DNA of 64,000 nucleotides from Macrostomum lignano (taxonomy: Eukaryota). The notes under the pieces are model-generated. The model was not told the DNA's origin and made no database searches. It worked only from the letters and a program-made list of their open reading frames with translations. A program made the translations under genes and the position numbers. The stretch's first letter is position 1; the number at the start of each line of letters is the position of its first letter. Positions 59,036 to 64,000 of this stretch are shown here, one piece after another. Where the stretch lies: contig NIVC01000376.1 of the NCBI GenBank assembly GCA_002269645.1, forward strand, positions 558,001-622,000, written 5' to 3'.

Positions 59036-61436
59036 ATGGACAAACTAGGCAACAACCTGACGTCAACCGGCGGAGATGAGGCGGTCCAGGTGTTCAGCCA
59101 GACTCTTATTTCTGCTTTGGAAATCTGCTGGACTGGCGGGGACTCCGCTTCCCGCCGCCTCCTGTGCGCTCTGGCCTCAGTACTCGGCATTCTTTCGGGC
59201 ATCCCGACACTCGTTGTCGTGCTGATTGGAGCGCCCGGCAACGCCCTGTCTGCCTGGCTGCTGCTCCGTCGAGCTCGCGCCAAGGAGCGCCGGACGCGCC
59301 AGAGCGTCTACCTGGGCGCCGCGTCGGCCGCGAACTGCGGCGCGGTGCTGAGCTACGGGCTGCTACAGTTCTTCCTGCCCTACGGCCTGCCGTGGCTCAG
59401 CGGCGGCTCAGCCGGTCTGATTATCGGCGACGTGTCCGATGCTGCCTGTCGGACAGTCAGCTTCCTGATGGCCTGGCTGATCCTGCTGGCATATGGGCTG
59501 CTCACCGCAATGGCGTGCGACAGAGCGTTGGCCATGTGGCGCCCGTTCCGCAGTCAGCGGCTCGGTAATGACGCTTGGGAAACTGCTCCAGCTGAGCTAT
59601 GTGGTTCTTTAGAATGGGTTGCTCGGGGATAAGTGCTGTGTACTTGGTTCTAAATGAGTTTAATTGGTCCTTCATGCTGTTTACCTGGTCCTTCATGTTG
59701 TTTACTTGGTCCTTCATGTTGTTTACTTGGCTCTACATGAGTTTACTTGGTTCTACATGAGTTTATTTGGTTCTACATGAGTTTACTTGGCTCTACATGA
59801 GTTTACTTGGTCTTTCATGTTGTTTACTTGGCTCTACATGAGTTTACTTGGTCTTTCATGTTGTTTACTTGGTCCTTCATGTTGTTTACTTGGCTCTACA
59901 TGAGTTTACTTGGCTCTACATGAGTTTACTTGGCTCTATATGAGTTTACTTGGTTCTAAATGAGTTTACTTGGTCCTATTGTTTGACAACTCAGCCATTG
60001 GGTTATGAAGTTATGAAGCTTGCGTGATGTGTCAGGGACTTAAGCAAACGTTTGAGCAAACGGAAACAGCTCATTCAAATTCTTTTTTGGCGGAGGGCTG
60101 GAATCGATTGAGACTGTCAGAACTGTCAGACTGTCAGAATGTCAAACATGGGTAAAAAGGCGCTTTTGATTCTCTTTCAACTGAATCTGTCCACTACAGA
60201 AACTTTATGCATTCAAACTGCAGACTATAAATTAATTTCAAAGGCTGCCGTCACTGTTAATCAGTTTACAGCTGTTCCATCGAAATCAAATCCTCGGAGA
60301 CATACTGTATATGTGATTGAATACAATGATTCGAGAGAATACAGTCATCAGGTTCCGCCGTCATTATTGGACTTTAGTTGTCCATGGTTCCAGTCCAGTT
60401 TTAGGTCTTTTTTCCTGAGGCGTTTGAACTTTAACTGTATACTGTGAAAGCTACCATCGAATTTTATGCGTCTACAAATCCGTATATTGGAGAGTTTCAG
60501 AGCACCTACGCAGACAATATGTTGGTTCGGGAAGTTGTTATGCAGGAAGTTTTTGATCTGCAAACAGACTTTATTGGCTTCGGCATCATTTTACAGAAAA
60601 ACGGTCTAAAATGTAAATTATGTTTTCATTTTTACGAAAATTGACTGTCAGACATTTGACTGTCACAATTTGGCTGCACAAGTTCAAAATTAGTCAAAAC
60701 ATCGGCAGTCAAATAGCTGATAAAGATGTATCCCTTGTTTCTGGAGTTCCTTTTGAAGAATAAAAAATCAGAAAATGCCGCTTAAAAAGTGTCATTGAAT
60801 GCTCACCTACCAGGTCGCGGATCGGCCATCCAAGTGAGCTCGTTGATCTCCCTGGCAACCGGAATCGTGGCCAGCTACGCCCTCGCTGTGACTCGCTGGA
60901 CCAGTAGCAAGGCGACATCCTGCTCAAAGAATCCGTTCGAATCAGCTGTCCCAGCCGGCTTCAATGTCTTCTATGGCATCTGGCTCGGCTTCCCACCGGC
61001 GCTGCTGGTGCTGAGCATATTGGCCGCCAACGCCACCCTCCTGGCTCGAGTAGTGCGGGTTCGCCGGATTCGCCAGCAGCTGGTGGCCACAAATCGGCCG
61101 GGTCAACAGAGTCAGGCGCGTTGCCGAGTCAGGATGCTGGGCGACAGCAGCATCCGGAGCAGCATGCTCTGTCTGGCCGTCTCTAGTGCCTCGCTGGCCA
61201 CATCGCTACCGTGCGTCGCTATGACAACGCTGGCCTACTCACTCAGCCTGTGGCCCAGCGCGGACCCGACTCTGCTGCCTGCCGTTCTGCTGCTCTGCCA
61301 CATCAGCGAGCTGCTGGTTGTGTTCCAGCTGTCAATCAGCTGGATGCTGCTGGCCTGGCGAAGCTCCGAGTTCAGCCGTCGGCTGCTTCGATGCCTGAAA
61401 TGCCAGGTGCCAGCCGGAGCCGGAGCTAGTGCTTAG
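59036..61436 (+). CDS. Rhodopsin-like GPCR, paralogue B, two exons, 383 aa
   Basis: Exon 1 59036-59564 and exon 2 60814-61436 join at CTCG|gtaatg...taccag|GT (phase 1, 1152 nt total). Colinear with paralogue A (PGNAL, RQxVYL, FxLPxGLPWL, CDRxLAM, GxxFPPA, CLAxS, LCH, WxLLAxRS). Confidence 0.9.
59655..59980 (+). repeat. 20-bp intronic minisatellite (TGTTTACTTGGTCCTTCATG / GAGTTTACTTGGCTCTACAT)
   Basis: Two interleaved unit variants inside the GPCR-B intron. Confidence 0.92.
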
Positions 61437-61712
61437 AGCGTCGGACTCATAAATGAAAGGTCGGAGGTTCGATTCTAAACCCATATGAACAATCTGTGTC
61501 CTGAAGCATTGATTCAGTTCACCCAGCTGTAAAGTGGGTGCCAGCATTAGCTGGGATAATTGAGGGTGTGTGTGGCGAACCCCCCCCCCAGTGCTTGGAC
61601 TGAACAGCCGTATGCAGCCTTCAGATGAGCCCGCGCGAAATAGCTGCGGCTGAGCTGTCGGTTGCACATCTGCCCGTTAAGGCAGGTGTAATCAATTATT
61701 ATATTATTATTG
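61420..61712 (+). mobile_element. tRNA-derived CORE-like SINE (copy 2)
   Basis: A-box-like CTAGTGCTTAGAGC, B box GGTTCGATTCT (61466-61476), body homologous to 11640-11930 with a short deletion in the core, AT-rich tail. Confidence 0.85.
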
Positions 61713-62869
61713 AAAAGTGAGAAAAGCCCATGAAGAACAGTTTATACTGCTTAATACAGTTGGATGAGCAAATAAACAAAACCTTTTTAAAGAGCCCGCG
61801 TGAAACTAACTTTCTGCTGCCCATTAGCGCAACGTATTCAAACATCTTAGTCTCAAACTATCCTATGCGTTCGATATAGCTGGTCGATAGTTCGTACGCA
61901 ATGCACAGTCTAATGTACAGCCAACTCTAATTCGTATCTCGTATAGAAAAAATCGTCCTCGACTGGAAAGGATTGTGGATAGTCTATGGCCAGCCCTGCT
62001 GACCACGCCGAATAAGAACGGATTTTATTAACTTCAGCGATCAATTTAAGAGTGATCAAATTCTTTCAAGTTAATGAATTAATGGATAAATGATTCACAG
62101 TAAAATGAAAATTGGCGACTACTGATAGCTAAAGTTTATTGTAGCAATTAAAATACTACAAATACTACAATTTTTCGTCACAGAAGAAACTTATGAAGCT
62201 TACTAAATAAACAAATAACATTGAGAGCGTCAGTCAGAAAATATTCAATTGTAAGTTTATGAAATATATGTTTCACTTTCCTCCAAGAAAAGACGACGAA
62301 CACGCGAGATTCAAAAGCTTAAAAAGTAAGCGTCGGGAAAAGTACATTATTCTTATTATTTACGCAAAAGATAACTTGACGGCATACACTAGTATAGAAA
62401 TGAAATCATAAATTTGACTATACTACTCTCAAAAGAAGTAGTATTAACCGTTTTGAACTTTCCACCTAATTGGTTTATTTATTGAAACAGGCACACCGAG
62501 TAAGCAGGACCTTCTTATTGCCTTCGTCACTGTACGATCTTACCATCACTATTGTTGTACACTATGAATGAGAGAGTTTTTGAGTATCTACAACTGGCAG
62601 ACGGACACACTATGCTAGATTAGAGCAAACCAGCTCTTGACTTCTACCAGCTATAGAACTATCGACTTCAGTTTTCAATTAAGGATTAGAAACAAGTTCC
62701 ATAGTAATGTGCTTTTCTTGCATTCCCTCACTTTCCCCACGCCTTCGCGACCCCACTGAGGGCTGCTACTGTTGGTTTAGCAACCAGGTGTCTACCTAGT
62801 CTCCCGGATAACGCGTTTTTATAGTCTTTCAATACAATATTATCTGCAGTAATGTACTACGTAGACTAC

Positions 62870-63215
62870 GTAGTTACTACGTTCGCACTTTAGGCGACTA
62901 TTGTCGCACAACCGGTGAGAGGCATTACTGACCATTCCGCCGACTCCCCTGAGCAGGCACACAAGCGCGCGGATACGTACGCAGTCATACGCACAGGCAC
63001 ACCCTCACACAGGAGTGTACAGCGGCCCTAACTTTATTTATCGTTAGGCATGTACACCTCACTGTGCCTTGGGGTCGGCCCTCAAGGGCGTTAATTGAAT
63101 GAGCAGAGCCAAGCCGAGGTTTCAATTTAGCCCCAAATTAATGTGACTGCACTGGGAATCGAGCCTGGGCTCCTGGCACATCAGATCGCACCACTGGGCT
63201 GTGGCCCTCCCTCAG
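62870..63215 (-). mobile_element. Second tRNA-derived SINE family
   Basis: - strand A-box-like AGCCCAGTGGT and B-box-like GGCTCGATTCC. 3' region shared with 35500-35670. Confidence 0.65.
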
Positions 63216-63320
63216 GTTAGGTTGGGTATCAAGCTCTCCACTCCAACTCAGTCTCAGGCGTCAAGCAAGCTACCTAAAATACATGTATGCAAAATTTATC
63301 AACCTGCTGCTCATAGCAAG

Positions 63321-63972
63321 AGTATTGGTTTTGTCAGCCTAACTGAGAATAAAGCCATCCAAAGTGAGAATCCTGCCTACGCTAACTGCGAAGGGCCTGG
63401 CTGCGTGCAGCCTTAGTCTATGGGCCATAGACTATAAAGGACAAGCAAAGTGATAAAAAGCCATCCAATGTGAGAATCGATTGGTCTATGCGTCGTATTC
63501 TTTTATTTTTATACCTTCTGAGCCATATGACTAGCCAATAGCTTGAACGGAATAACGGAAACAGGAACACACTGGATGATACAGTACAGTAAAGTAAAGA
63601 GTTAAAATAGCCGTCCCTCAATGCACTGCCCAAAGAGTCGTCTGCAATGCAGGTCCCATGCGGCAGCCTTCCCAGCAGTGACTGTGTCGTCAATCGCTTC
63701 GCGCGCCTCCCTCTCTAACAGCATGTTCCTGTTTCCGTTATTCCGTTCAAGCTATTGGCTAGTCATATGGCTCAGAAGGTATAAAAATAAAAGAATACGA
63801 CGCATAGACCAATCGATTCTCACATTGGATGGCTTTTTATCACTTTGCTTGTCCTTTATAGTCTATGGCCCATAGACTAAGGCTGCACGCAGCCAGGCCC
63901 TTCGCAGTCAGCGTAGGCAGGATTCTCACTTTGGATGGCTTTATTCTCAGTTAGGCTGACAAAAGCAATACT
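63321..63972. mobile_element. Young foldback MITE with ~248-bp near-perfect arms
   Basis: 63321-63568 is the reverse complement of 63725-63972 with very few mismatches. A TA TSD (63323-63324, 63969-63970) is possible. No ORF. Confidence 0.85.
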
Positions 63973-64000
63973 ACAAAAGTGTAATATACTCAAGTGAAGC

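Noticed and set aside
61615-61660. Hammerhead-like CAGATGAG...GAAA in the SINE (also a GGCCCGAAGG hairpin near 24135)
   Set aside because: The core differs from CUGAUGA, stems are not convincing, and the motif is not conserved in the other SINE copy.

Overview
Eukaryotic, repeat-rich animal DNA. GC-rich exons, small spliceosomal introns and many mini/microsatellites suggest a free-living flatworm such as Macrostomum (inference only). Supported genes: an atonal-type bHLH (5007-5426, -); a three-exon unknown gene with a ~170-residue poly-Q/H tract (15463-17452, -); three paralogues of a secreted PAN/Apple + C-type lectin gene (intact at 18957-20104 -, a decayed PAN-only copy at ~20895-21270 +, and a frameshifted copy at 26057-27132 +); an unknown low-complexity gene (29008-30057, -); a 2-TM protein (33970-35019, +); a multi-exon LRRIQ3 orthologue (38823-47741, -); a coiled-coil protein with an in-frame (GACA)n tract (51349-52248, +); and two divergently transcribed rhodopsin-like GPCR paralogues with different intron positions (53392-54941 -, 59036-61436 +). 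Mobile DNA includes a mariner remnant with perfect 29-bp TIRs and TA TSD, a P-like foldback MITE with an 8-bp TSD, a hAT/Charlie-like MITE, a Tc1/IS630-like remnant, other foldbacks, tRNA-headed SINEs (two with a CORE-like block) and LINE debris. There is no rRNA, real tRNA, CRISPR or prokaryotic system. The best candidate for an interesting system is the inverted lectin pair, where near-identical mature modules sit behind unrelated leaders.
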